NCBI GenBank assembly: GCA_030390025.1
Contig: CM059431.1
Span: forward strand, 123,444,001 to 123,508,000
Source of the DNA: Squalus acanthias
Taxonomy: Eukaryota
Direction: 5' to 3'
Length of the DNA: 64,000 bases
The translations under genes were made by a program, and so were the position numbers. Below are positions 50,132 to 60,505 of the stretch, piece by piece. Numbering within the stretch: position 1 is the stretch's first letter; each line of letters begins with the position of its first letter. The notes beneath the pieces are model-generated. The model saw nothing but the letters and a program-made list of their open reading frames with translations. It was not told where the DNA came from and did no database searches.

Positions 50132-52169
50132 ATGGAGAGGGTGAGAGAACGCGCTCATCGCTTCACCGAGCGGGCCTTGGATGCTCTGGTTTGCGCAGTG
50201 GAGCGCAGATGATGTATACTCTTCCCTGAGAGTGGCAGGAGGCCTTTGCCACGCGAGTTCAGAAGAGTGTGGAGGGAGGTGGCTCAGAGCGTCTCCTCCA
50301 GGAGCATGGTGCCCAGGACCCATACTCAATGCCGCAAAAAGTACAACGACCTCACTCGGGTCGTCAAGGTGAGTGGCTTTTTCTCAATACCTCTCCATCC
50401 CTCCATCTCAACCTCACTCTATGGCCAGAGGGTCTTAAAACCCCAATGCACAACACTCATCCAACACCTATGACCCTTTCATCAAACACACACACACATT
50501 CCACACTTTGCATACAGTAAGGGCTATTCACCTATGGGAGGCACATCAGGCAAGACCATGGCTGTATATTGTAAGGGCTATTCACCTATGGGAGGCACAT
50601 CAGGCAAGACCATGGCTGTATACAGTAAGGGCTATTCACCTATGGGAGGCACATCAGGCAAGACTATGGCTGTATACAGTAAGGGCTATTCACCTATGGG
50701 AGGCACATCAGGCAAGACCATGGCTGTATACAGTAAGGGCTATTCACCAATGGGAGGCACATCAGGCAAGACCATGGCTGTATACAGTAAGGGCTATTCA
50801 CCTATGGGAGGCACATCAGGAAAGACCATGGCTGTATATTTACTCAGATGCTGTCCTTTTTATTGCAGGCCAAGCTGGCTCATAATAGGAGACAGCAGCA
50901 ACGGACAGGTGGAGGGCGGCCTCAGCTGCAACCCCTCAGCGATCTTGAGGAGCGCGTCCACAGGATTGTGGCAAGCCGGGTGATCGGTCCCGTCGCCACT
51001 GGAGACGCCGACCCCGTTCTGGACAGCAATGGTAAGGTCATCACCTTTTTGTCCTCTGTCCTTCCACTTGTCCCTCACAACACCAGCCTTTGACACTTTC
51101 AATCCAACTTGCTAACTCGCTGCACTTATTCCTCCCTTACTGCCACCCTGTCCTCACGCTAAAGCCACTCTTGTACCTCCCTGCTTTCAGATAGTGATTC
51201 ACCAGCTGAGGAGACGGGCCCTGAAGCTGCCACTGGGAGTGATGCTGCAGCTGAGGAGGAAGAGGAAGCCAGAGCATCAGTGCCACCCTCTCCCGAGGAA
51301 GCCCATGCCCACACTGGGAACATGCCTTCCCCGGAGGGGAGCAGGGGGGAAGGGGCTGATGAGGGTGAAGCTCCAGGACCCAGCGGGCTGCAGCAATGCC
51401 ATGGGGGGGTAGGGAAGAACGGGGGCCTTCTCCCCAGAGGGAGAGTATGCCAGACACTCCTACTGCAATGGACGCAGAGGAGGAGCGGCTGATCGCAGAA
51501 ATGAACACCCAGGCGGTGGGCATGCACACTGAACTCATGGGTGCAGTGGGAAGGGTGCCCGAATGCATTGAGTCACTGGCAAGGAGTGTGGAGCACTTCG
51601 CTGTAGCACAGGCGGATGCCACACTAACGCTTAGTGCTGCAATTCAGTCACTGGCTGCCGTGATCCCATCTCTGACTGCTCTCATACAGACTCAGATTGA
51701 GGCCACGCGAGCACTGACTGCTGCCAACCTCGATGGTTCGTGCACATGTCCCCGGGGCTGTCACCGCGCCGCAGCAGGCCAGCAATCTGTTCTCCGGCAG
51801 ATTGCTCCGGATGCTGAAGTGCTGCCCCGTGGGAGTGCCAGTGTGTCGGGCGAGCAGGGAGTTGCTGTCCTCTCTCACGATGACAGCATTCCTGCTGCCA
51901 ACACTGTCACTTCTCCACTGCACTTGCCACCGCCTGTAGGACAGACTGCTGCCGCCCATGCAGAGTTGGTGCAGTCTGCAGCCGGGCCCTCCAGGCCCAG
52001 AAGTGGTCGAGGCCGTCCTTCAGGGGCATCTGCAGTGTCAGGGTCTGACGAGCAGCAGCCTTCCACCAGCCTTGCTGCAGCCACTGAGGTCCCATTACGG
52101 AGGAGCAGTCGGGTTAGAAGGGGGGAAGTGCGCAAGGGAAGGAGATCACCCTCGAAGGGCAAAAAGTAG
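50132..52169 (+). pseudogene. Harbinger Myb/SANT-like protein gene, 3 exons, two lesions
   Basis: Exons 50132-50368, 50869-51031 and 51191-52169 with GT-AG introns. MERVRERAHRFTERALDALV...WREVAQSVS...RTHTQCRKKYNDL. In-frame TGA at 50210-12 and a frameshift at the G7 run 51403-51409. Confidence 0.9.
50514..50837 (+). repeat. Minisatellite, 6 x 54 bp, in Myb intron 1
   Basis: Unit ACAGTAAGGGCTATTCACCTATGGGAGGCACATCAGGCAAGACCATGGCTGTAT; near-identical copies with no spacers. Confidence 0.95.
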
Positions 52170-52463
52170 GAGGTGTGACAAAATGCTGGTCATTTTTTTA
52201 TTAAAGGTCGAGGTTCATGGTCCAACTTTTGTTTAGTGTTTTGGACATTATCTCCAGGTTGTGAGAACCAGTTATGTTATTGACTGTTTTTTTGTGTTTA
52301 TTTCTATGGGTTTGTCATGAGGAATTGACGCACACAGAGTTTGTAAAATAAATAAGTTTCTGTATTCAAAATATACATGGTTGGTGGTTGGAATTATTGG
52401 TGCCTTGGCTGGCTTAGGGGTTGCGTGCTGGGTTCATTAATGTTGGTAGCAATGGCAGGGGCC

Positions 52464-53624
52464 CTAGAAGCGGCTTGCTATTAGCCGTTGACGGACGGCC
52501 CTTGCAGTTTGACCATTGTGGGCCGCCCTCCTGCCTTGGTGCTGCTGATGATCATCATCCTCGTCCTGTTCCTCCTCTTCCTCCTCCTCCTCTGGTGGTG
52601 CTACAAGGCCTGGTGGCATTGGCTGGGTCCTGAGGATTGCCATGTTATGCAACATGCAGCACACGACTACGAAGTTCGATACTCGCTCAGGCGAGTACTG
52701 CAGGGCTCCTCCGGAATGGTCCAGACAGCGGAACCGTTGTTTCAGCACGCCGATTGTGCGCTCAATAATGTTCCTGGTTGCTTGATGGCTTTCATTGTAC
52801 CGCAGCTCAGCAGGGGTGTTGGGCGTACGGAGCGGTGTCATCAGCCAGGTGCTCAATGCATACCCCTTGTCCCCGAGAAGCCAACCAACTGGCTGATGCG
52901 GTGCCTCGAAAAGTTCTGCCACAGTAGTCTGGCGCAGGATAAAAGCATCGTGGCAGCTGCCAGGATACTGGGCATTGACAGCGAGTATCAGCTGTCTGTG
53001 GTCACAGACCAACTGGACATTCAAGGAATGGAACCCCTTTCTGTTCCTGAATTCCTCGGCATTCTCACGCGGAGCACGCAAAGCCACATGCGTGCAGTCA
53101 ATGGCGCCCTGCACCATGGGGAAGCCCGCTACCCTCGCAAAGCCCAGAGCGCGGTCACGCTGCTTGTCTGGGGTCATAGGGAAAGAGATGAACTCTCGTC
53201 TCCTTCTGAAGAGGACATTTGTGACCTGCCGGATGCAGCAATGCACCGCGAACTGGGAGATATTGGCGAGGTCCCCAGCAGCAGCTTGGAATGAGCCAGT
53301 GGCGTAAAAGTTCAAAGCCACTGTGACCTTCACTGCCACCGACAGAGACGTCCTGGACCTCAGTTGAGGCTGCAGATCTGGCTGCAGCAGGTGGCAGAGC
53401 TCAGTGACCACCTCCTTGCTGAATCGCAGCCTTCGCAAACACAGCTCCTCGGACATATGGATGTAGGAGAGCTGTTCACGATATACCCTGGGAGGGTAAG
53501 CTCTCCTGTACATACGCCTGATGGCCCTCCTCCGTCTGGCCATCATTGCCACTCTCTCTCTGCGTCTCTGTATCCTCCGATTCAGCTGGAGCAGGACGAC
53601 GCCCCCAATCAGTGCAGCCCCCAT
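52464..53624 (-). CDS. Harbinger DDE transposase (HARBI1-like nuclease), 386 aa, intact
   Basis: Open frame from ATG 53624 with catalytic motifs GAIDCTH, LLGDKGY and IERTIGVLKQRFRCL, plus NRKGFHSLNVQ and PGSCHD. Lies inside TIR/TSD boundaries. Confidence 0.95.
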   Translation of the reverse strand: MGAALIGGVVLLQLNRRIQRRRERVAMMARRRRAIRRMYRRAYPPRVYREQLSYIHMSEELCLRRLRFSKEVVTELCHLLQPDLQPQLRSRTSLSVAVKVTVALNFYATGSFQAAAGDLANISQFAVHCCIRQVTNVLFRRRREFISFPMTPDKQRDRALGFARVAGFPMVQGAIDCTHVALRAPRENAEEFRNRKGFHSLNVQLVCDHRQLILAVNAQYPGSCHDAFILRQTTVAELFEAPHQPVGWLLGDKGYALSTWLMTPLRTPNTPAELRYNESHQATRNIIERTIGVLKQRFRCLDHSGGALQYSPERVSNFVVVCCMLHNMAILRTQPMPPGLVAPPEEEEEEEEQDEDDDHQQHQGRRAAHNGQTARAVRQRLIASRF

Positions 53625-55584
53625 ATTCTCTTTGCAAGCAAAGTAATGTGGGACAGCAACTAAAGTAGCAGCAAAGTTAGGATCAATAGGCAAAACTACC
53701 TCACAAAGCGTTGAGTCAATGTAGAAGTCTCTCTCTCTCTCTCTCCGAATCTCTCTCTCTCTCTCAGAACGAGTGGTGCATAAATGTCGACCACAGAAAA
53801 AGACAGGAAGAGGCCCCCTTTAAATAGCGCCCCCCCCAGCCCCACAGCGATTGATAGCGTTCCAGTCTTCCGGTCGTTGGAAGCGCCAGGCGGTAAGGCA
53901 GGGGGCGCCACTCAATTTCCGCTCCGGGGCGCCACAAGGGCGTTGCACCATGGAATGACGTCACAATCTGCGCGCGCAGGTGGTCGCAGCGGTAAGTTTT
54001 AGCGCCGCCGCACAATCTCAAGTTAAGTTCTCGAGCGGCGCAAACATCGCTGCGCCCGGGCGTTAGCGGCTTTGCGCCCCATTAGTGCCCTCTTAAGGCG
54101 CTAACGGGAGGCGCAACCAACTGAATTTTTACCCCTTGTTGTCTATAGTTATAGTGCTGTGTTCCCTTATCTCCCGCCCAAATCTTAATGTTTGTCCTTT
54201 GTGAAATATTGGCGCTCAAAACTCCCAGCATGGGGTGATTCTTGTCTTTAACGTGTTTCGGTAGCACCTGAGACTGGCCAACTACCCGTTAATGTTTTCC
54301 CCATTGTTGAACCGGCTCGGAGCCTCTCTGGCTGGGTTTTGGGGGCCTCCGAATACTTGTTTAATCACCCGAGAATGGCTCTCATTGTAGAGCCGTGGGG
54401 GTATTTGCGTAATGATGTGTCTGGATGGGCCTTCGATTGCCCAGTACAATGGTCCTTACTTGTGCATGGAAAACGATTCCAGCACTCATATCTTTTGCTA
54501 TTGTCACAAATGCAAACTGGTAGCATCCTGTCTTTATCAGTGCTTATCGAAAATGTTTATTCGAACGCCATCTTGTCTGCCCACTGTACTTCTGGAAACT
54601 TCTGCCACGATGCGCGGCGGCCATTTTACAGGCTTCTGTGTCCTGTTTAATCATGACAGTATTTCATTTAAATAAACTGATCAACCGAATCTGCTTCTAT
54701 CTTGTTATTTTGAATCGCGATAATTGCGAAACTTTACAGCCTCAGTGGAATATAATAGTGCCAGAAAAGATTTCCCACACTGTATAGCAAAACTTATGCA
54801 GAATTTGACTAGGGTATGTTGTTAGATGGGCAGCAAATTACCATTCTGAGAAATACTGTGGAATTCTTGTTGTGTGAGATTGTGCGTTACTGAGATCAGC
54901 TACAAATGTAGATGAATAGGTTTTGTCCAGACTAAATGTTGACAGCCAATGCAGGTCACGATCTGTTTCTTTGGCCTGCCTTGCTTTGAGCAATGTATTT
55001 TTGAATAAAAGTAGCAGTAGATTCTGTGGCATTCCATATTTCCTACCTAAATTTAACCTCTTTTTTTTGAGTATCCAATTGCACAATACCGCTAGGTAGT
55101 AGTGCCAGTTAGTAAAGTACATTTGATCATAAAAAGTGCGGAATAAGATAAGGCCATTTGGCTCATCATGCCAACCCTCCTCTGTTACCCCAAATACTGG
55201 TGAGACAACATTTGAAATATTAGGGGTCATTTCAAAAGTGACACTCACAGACAGTATGGGGGCTAAATTCAATAGCCCCCGAAAACGAGCGCGGGGATTG
55301 CGATGCACGATTAACCCGTGCCCGTTGCTTCCGATGCAGGCAGCACGAAAACTTTGTGCTGCCTGGACATTTACATGATTTTAGCGTTGAGGCAGCACTA
55401 AACGCGCTGTTCAGTGTTTGAGCACCTTAGCAGGGCCCCACGTTCATGCAAGGCTAACGCCAATTAAAGCTAGCCTGTACTACTTAAAGCCAGCCTGCGC
55501 CTCTTAAAGGGGAGGTGCATTCTGGCTGGAGCAGGTACTGGAAGTGGCTGGGGAAGAGAGTCGAACCTGGAAAAACACTGAATT

Positions 55585-57420
55585 ATGGTGCAACAGGGGA
55601 GAGAGCATGCTCCAAGGTTCTCAGATGCTTCACTGGGGGCCTTGGTGGAGGAGGTGGAGAGGAGGAGAGAGGTCCCCTATCCAGAGGGGCCCAGGAGGTC
55701 CTCCAGACAAACACTGCGAAGGCAGTGGGAGCAGGTAGCCGTGGCGGTCAATGCCAGAAGTCAAGCTCCGATGACCTGGATGCAGTTCCACAAAAAGTTC
55801 AATGACCTCACAAGAGTGTTCAAGGTCAGTGAATTCATCTTCAAATGCCATATCCCACGACTAGCCTCAGCCACTGCTCAATACACCACACCACCATCAC
55901 TCACCTACCAACAATCTCTATCAAACAGGGCTCATACCTCACATTCATAGCTTCACCTCACCCTCACACACTTAGCACTGCTGCAAGCCTCACACCCACA
56001 TCTCACAGCTTGCCCACACTGCCAGCTATTCAACCATGACAGCCACATCATCCAAACACATTGCACCACATTCACTGACACACTTCCCTCTCTTTTGCAG
56101 GACAAGTTGGCGCATAACCAAAGGCAGCAGGACCTACCCAATGGGGGACAGACACGGCTGCATGAACTTACCCCAATGGAGGAGATGGTGGTCACCATCA
56201 TTGGAATGGCCATCGCTGAGCCCGTGGCCAGTGGCGGGGCTGAAATAATCAAAGATGACGGTATCCTCATACTTAATCCTCCTTCTCACATCCCACTTCC
56301 CCATCATTCCACAATCTCTTGTGATTTCCAAGGTGCAGAAGGTGAAAGCATGCACCTCTTGTGTTCGCCCCCTTTCCTCTCACCACAACCCTACTCTTGT
56401 GCCTTTCTCCTTTCAGATACTCAAGAACTGCAATCTGGCCAGGCACTGGTGAAGGAGGAAGAAGGCAGTGATGAAGAACACACAGCACCGTCACTCGATT
56501 TCACGCTCGCAGCTACCAGCTCAGATACTGACACTCTGCGTCCTTTAGGGGACAGCTTAGATGCGGATCTGCACGTGGTGAGGCACCGGGCATGAGTGGC
56601 CTGCAGCCAGGGCAGGGGGCAAGGGTAGCACAGGTGCCAGCTTCCCAGATTGCGAGGTCGCACACGAACTCTGCTGCAGAGGACTCAGATGAGAACTTCG
56701 ATGGGGCAGGCTATAAAAGAAGGCTGATGGGTATGCACAATGAAATGCTTGGTGCATTGGCAGGCTTGCCAGAAAGCCTGTGTGCAATGTAAAGGAGCAT
56801 GGAGGAGTCTGGCACCAATTTAGCACAGGGCTTTGTGCAGAACTTGGAGCCCATCCTTTCCAGGATGGAAGTGTGGGCCAACTCCATTCGCACACATGCG
56901 GACCCAACCATGATGCAGCGTTTGATGGCCAATGTCTCTGCTTCTATTGCAGCACAAGCAGAAGCCACCCAACGACTGGGTGCTGCAGTGGAAGCTCAGA
57001 CTAAAGTTATGCAAGCTCAGCTTGCTGCCATAGTGGCTGTGGTACCAAGTGTTCAAAGGAGCTTGCAGGGTGTCACAGGCGCCACCCCGGGGGAGTGGCA
57101 GTGTCTCCGTGGCGCACGAACCTGCTGTCCTCTCTCAGGATGACAGCATTCATCCTCCCACCACTGCCACTCCACCAGTGCCCTTGTTGTTGCCTGTCAG
57201 CCAGCTAGCCCAGACTGCTGCCGCCCATACCGGGATGGTGCAGTCTGAAGCTGAGCCTTCCAAGCCTAGAGGTGCTCAAGGTTGTCCTCCAAGGCCATCT
57301 GCAGTCTCCCCCACTGAAATTCAGCAGCCTTCCACCAGCCATGCTGCAGCCACTGGGGTAGTACTGTATAGGAGCACTAGGACAGGTAAAGGCACGCAGA
57401 AGACAGGCACAAGGGTGATT
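55585..57420 (+). pseudogene. Harbinger Myb/SANT gene, disrupted
   Basis: Exons 55585-55824, 56101-56260 and 56417 onwards. Frameshift near 56566, stop at 56790 and a deletion near 57075. Confidence 0.85.
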
Positions 57421-57589
57421 AGTTGCCGTTTGTATGCAATATGGCATGATTCATTTATAAATTTGGTTTGGAATGTTTCTTTTGTGTTGGCTTTTATTTT
57501 TGCATTGTGGCCAAGCAGATGCTGTGATGGTCAATGGGAAGATAAGGTGTGTAACTGTTTTTAAATGAGGAATTGGGGCTGTGTTTATT

Positions 57590-58700
57590 GGTATTGCAGC
57601 CGGATGAGTCAGTCAAGGAAAGCCCAGCCAGAAAGGGAATGTCAGGGTTGCCTCCTCCCTTCCTCTTCCTCCTCCTCCTCCTCCTCCTCCTCCTCCTCCT
57701 GCTCCTCAGCTGGTCGGTGTATGGCTGGTGGCAAGGGCTGTGCCCTCATGATGGTGAGGTTATACAGCATGCAGTAGACCACGACGAATCTCGACACCCG
57801 CTCTGCCAATGGTGTGCTCGACAATGTTTTGTGTGGCAGCAAGGCTTTCGTTGTATGAATGCTGCCCACCTGTTCATGGGTTGTGCACTGGAGTCATGAG
57901 CCATGTTGTTAATAGATAGCCCTTGTCTGCCAGTAGCCAGCCTCTGTTTGGTGGGTCAAATGCAGACGGCATAGCGGGCTGCCGCAGAATGAAGACATCA
58001 TGACTGCTGCCAGGATACCAGACATTCACCTGCATGATTTGCAGAGCATGGTCACACACCAGCTAGACATTGAAGGAGTGGAATCCCTTTCAGTTGCAGT
58101 ATATCTCAGAGTTGAGATGTGGCGCCCGCAAAGTGACGTGTGTGCAGTCAGTGGCACCCTGCACCATTGGGAAGCCTGCAATCCTCACGAAGCTGGGTGC
58201 TCACTCCGCTTGCTGCTCTCTGGCCAGAGAGAAGGAAATGTATTCACCTCTCTTGGAATACAGAGCCTCAGTTACTTCCCGTTTGCAGCAGTGCATGGCG
58301 AACTGGGAGATTTTGCAAATATTTCCTGCTCCAGCCTGGAAGGAGCCCGATGCATAAAATTTCATGGCCATGGTCACCTTCACAGCCACTGGCAAAGTGA
58401 TCCTCGCCCTGCTCTGAGGTTGCAGTTGTGGCTGCAGCAGGTGGCAGATTTCAGCGAGGACGTCCCTGGTGAAGCACAGACGTCTGACACAATGTTCCTC
58501 GCTGAGGCTCAGGTAGGAGTATTGCTTCCTGAACACCCTGGGCAGATATGGCCTCCTGCTGGGAGCCCATCTCCCCCTCCTCCTCCTCCTCCTGCCAGCA
58601 GCTTGTCCTGCTCTGTGTCACCTCTGCTCATTCTCCCTGTCATGCTGTAGGCCAAGTGGAATGCCTACTACTGCGTCTATGTCAAAACAGCAAGTGGTCT
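57590..58700 (-). pseudogene. Harbinger transposase, disrupted
   Basis: Fragments SEEHCVRRLCF...FYASGSFQ, YPGSSHD, WLLADKGY and RFVVVYCMLYN in different frames. Confidence 0.85.
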
Positions 58701-59661
58701 GTACAGAATCCATGAAGTCAGGACAAAGTCTTTCAGCACCTGCCACGCCACTCCCTGTAGACTTTAGCAACTTTAAAGAACTGTTCAAAGCACCAAACAC
58801 TTCTACAAACTCAGCAATAGCCAGTAGAAATCAGTCAGCAACCAACCTGTAAGTAGTTGATGATCCCTTTAAATAGTGCTGGTGGGGAGTCCTTCCTGCT
58901 GTTGAACGTGTGTTCAGCTGTGTGTGTTTAAGAGAGGGCATTAGCTGGAGTGCTGAGCTCCAAAATAGCAGCGCTGGCATCAAATAATTGATGTCACGAT
59001 CTGCCTACTCTGTATACCTCAGGTCCATGCTCCCTACGCCCATGCTAAAGTCCTACCCAAGGTGGTGTCCGGCGCAGCCGGCAACAGAAGTGTAGGCGCG
59101 CATCGCGGACTCCATTTTAGACCCGAATCGGCACACATAGCACCCAAACAACAGCACTACTGAGCCAAATTATGTGGCCTACATTTCAGGAAATCATGGA
59201 TATACTTACTTTCATTTCTACCTGCTTCATTCCACCACTGCCTCAGCTATTCACACATTCTCTGTCTATCGTTCATGGCGTTAATTTCTCTCTTCTGCTT
59301 CTTATTGTCTCACGCTCACAGCACTTCTGCCATTTCCTGTTTCCCACTTAAGTACTTCACAGATCATTCTGGATCGGAATTTCCGAGAAAGTTTGGCGTA
59401 ACTACAGAGTAAGAGGCAGCACTCTGGCGTATGTTTCTCGAAATGCGCGCGGAACTGGCTTACACCGGTTTTATGCTGAAACATCGCGACGTGCGACTTT
59501 CCTTGATCGTTTGCTTCCAAGCTATTTCCACAGAATTTGGGACCATTTCTTTTATGTTTCTCTGTGTATATCTATGTGTTTTTTCCCTCCCCTTCCCTTT
59601 GTCCTGTTCCCTTTTAAATGCTGTTCATAGGTTTGGTTGAAGGGTCCACATTCAGAACATT

Positions 59662-60402
59662 GGCCCAAAAATTAGTATCAGTACGCGAGAGTACGCACTG
59701 TGTACTCTCGCGTATTCTGTCTCCAATTGCCGGTTTCCAGCATGCACTGCGCATGCACTGAAAACCGGCACTTGGTGATTTCAAAAGGGGGCAGTTCCTA
59801 GGTGAACCGCGTGCGCGCTACAGGCTGCGCGCACGCAGTGCACTTAGTGCTTTGAACGCGCAGGTAAGCATGGAAGATTTTGCACATAAAGAAAGGAGGC
59901 GTAAGACTCTCTTTTAACAAGGTAAGTAGTTAATTAAGTATTATTTAGAATTTTTTTCAACAGGTATATCTTTTTTAGAGACTTTAAAGAAAGGTAAGTT
60001 TATTTTTATAACTTTTAAAAAGATTTTAAATTTTTTCAAAAATTAATTTTTTGTTTAAAGTGGTTAATTTATTTAACTATACTTATTTTATTAATGTGAT
60101 GGTTTTTAAAAAAAAATAATTGAGGTTTAGCTGTTCTTTTGGGGGGTATAGATTCATAGCTTTGACAGTACTTGCTGTGAAAACTATGAATGAAAGATAG
60201 TGTGCTGCCATTGGCTCAAACTTAATCACGTGATCCCACAGCTCGCACGAATTAACTGCGTCTGTGGGATACGCACACACTGCACAGCTGCAGTCTTGAA
60301 ACTAAAGTTCGTGCGAGCTCGGAAGGAAAAGGCAGGCGCGCAGTGAGATATCGCGGGGAAGCCTTACCCCCGCAGGAAGGCTCCGTCTTTAATTACTGGG
60401 CC
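59662..60402 (+). mobile_element. Harbinger MITE family X, copy 3
   Basis: GGCCCAAAAATT / AATTACTGGGCC with TSD ATT/ATT. Confidence 0.9.
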
Positions 60403-60403
60403 A

Positions 60404-60505
60404 TTAACTTCTCTGTTCTCTCCACAGATGCTGCCTGAACTGCTGGGTGTTGCCAGCATTTTCTGATTTTGTTTCAGATTTCCAGCATCTGCATTTTTTG
60501 GCTTT
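60404..60505 (+). mobile_element. Penelope-like repeat fragment
   Basis: CTCTCCACAGATGCTGCCTGAACTGCTG...TTCAGATTTCCAGCATC. Confidence 0.6.

Larger units (their letters stand above)
49774..54135. mobile_element. Complete young PIF/Harbinger transposon (4362 bp)
   Basis: TIRs GGGGTAGAAATT / AATTTTTACCCC and perfect TSD TTG (49771-73, 54136-38). Convergent Myb (+) and transposase (-) genes. Confidence 0.95.
48712..54738 (-). mobile_element. Solo LTR (~1.66 kb once the Harbinger is removed)
   Basis: TGTAA...TTACA termini with GCC on both flanks. On the minus strand: YY1-like AAAATGGCCGCC (54616-27), CCAAT (54208-12), GC box (54172-80), TATAAC (54148-53) and AATAAA (48943-48). CpG-rich, with no recognisable coding ORF. 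Confidence 0.7.
55258..59179. mobile_element. Near full-length decayed Harbinger
   Basis: Same convergent layout; degenerate termini GGGGGCTAAATT / AATTATGTGGCC. Confidence 0.85.

Noticed and set aside
50514..50837. CRISPR array or repeat protein (ORFs 50508-50885 and 50534-50983)
   Set aside because: Head-to-tail units without unique spacers, no cas genes, eukaryotic context, and the array lies inside a GT-AG intron.
52488..53294. 268-aa plus-strand ORF
   Set aside because: Antisense shadow of the GC-rich transposase, with no recognisable motifs.
52464..53693. Host HARBI1 gene, and the 409-aa version of the ORF
   Set aside because: It is enclosed by TIRs and a TSD with a Myb partner, so it is a transposon gene. 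The extra 23 codons come from a non-ATG start, and the homolog at 25582 also begins MGA.
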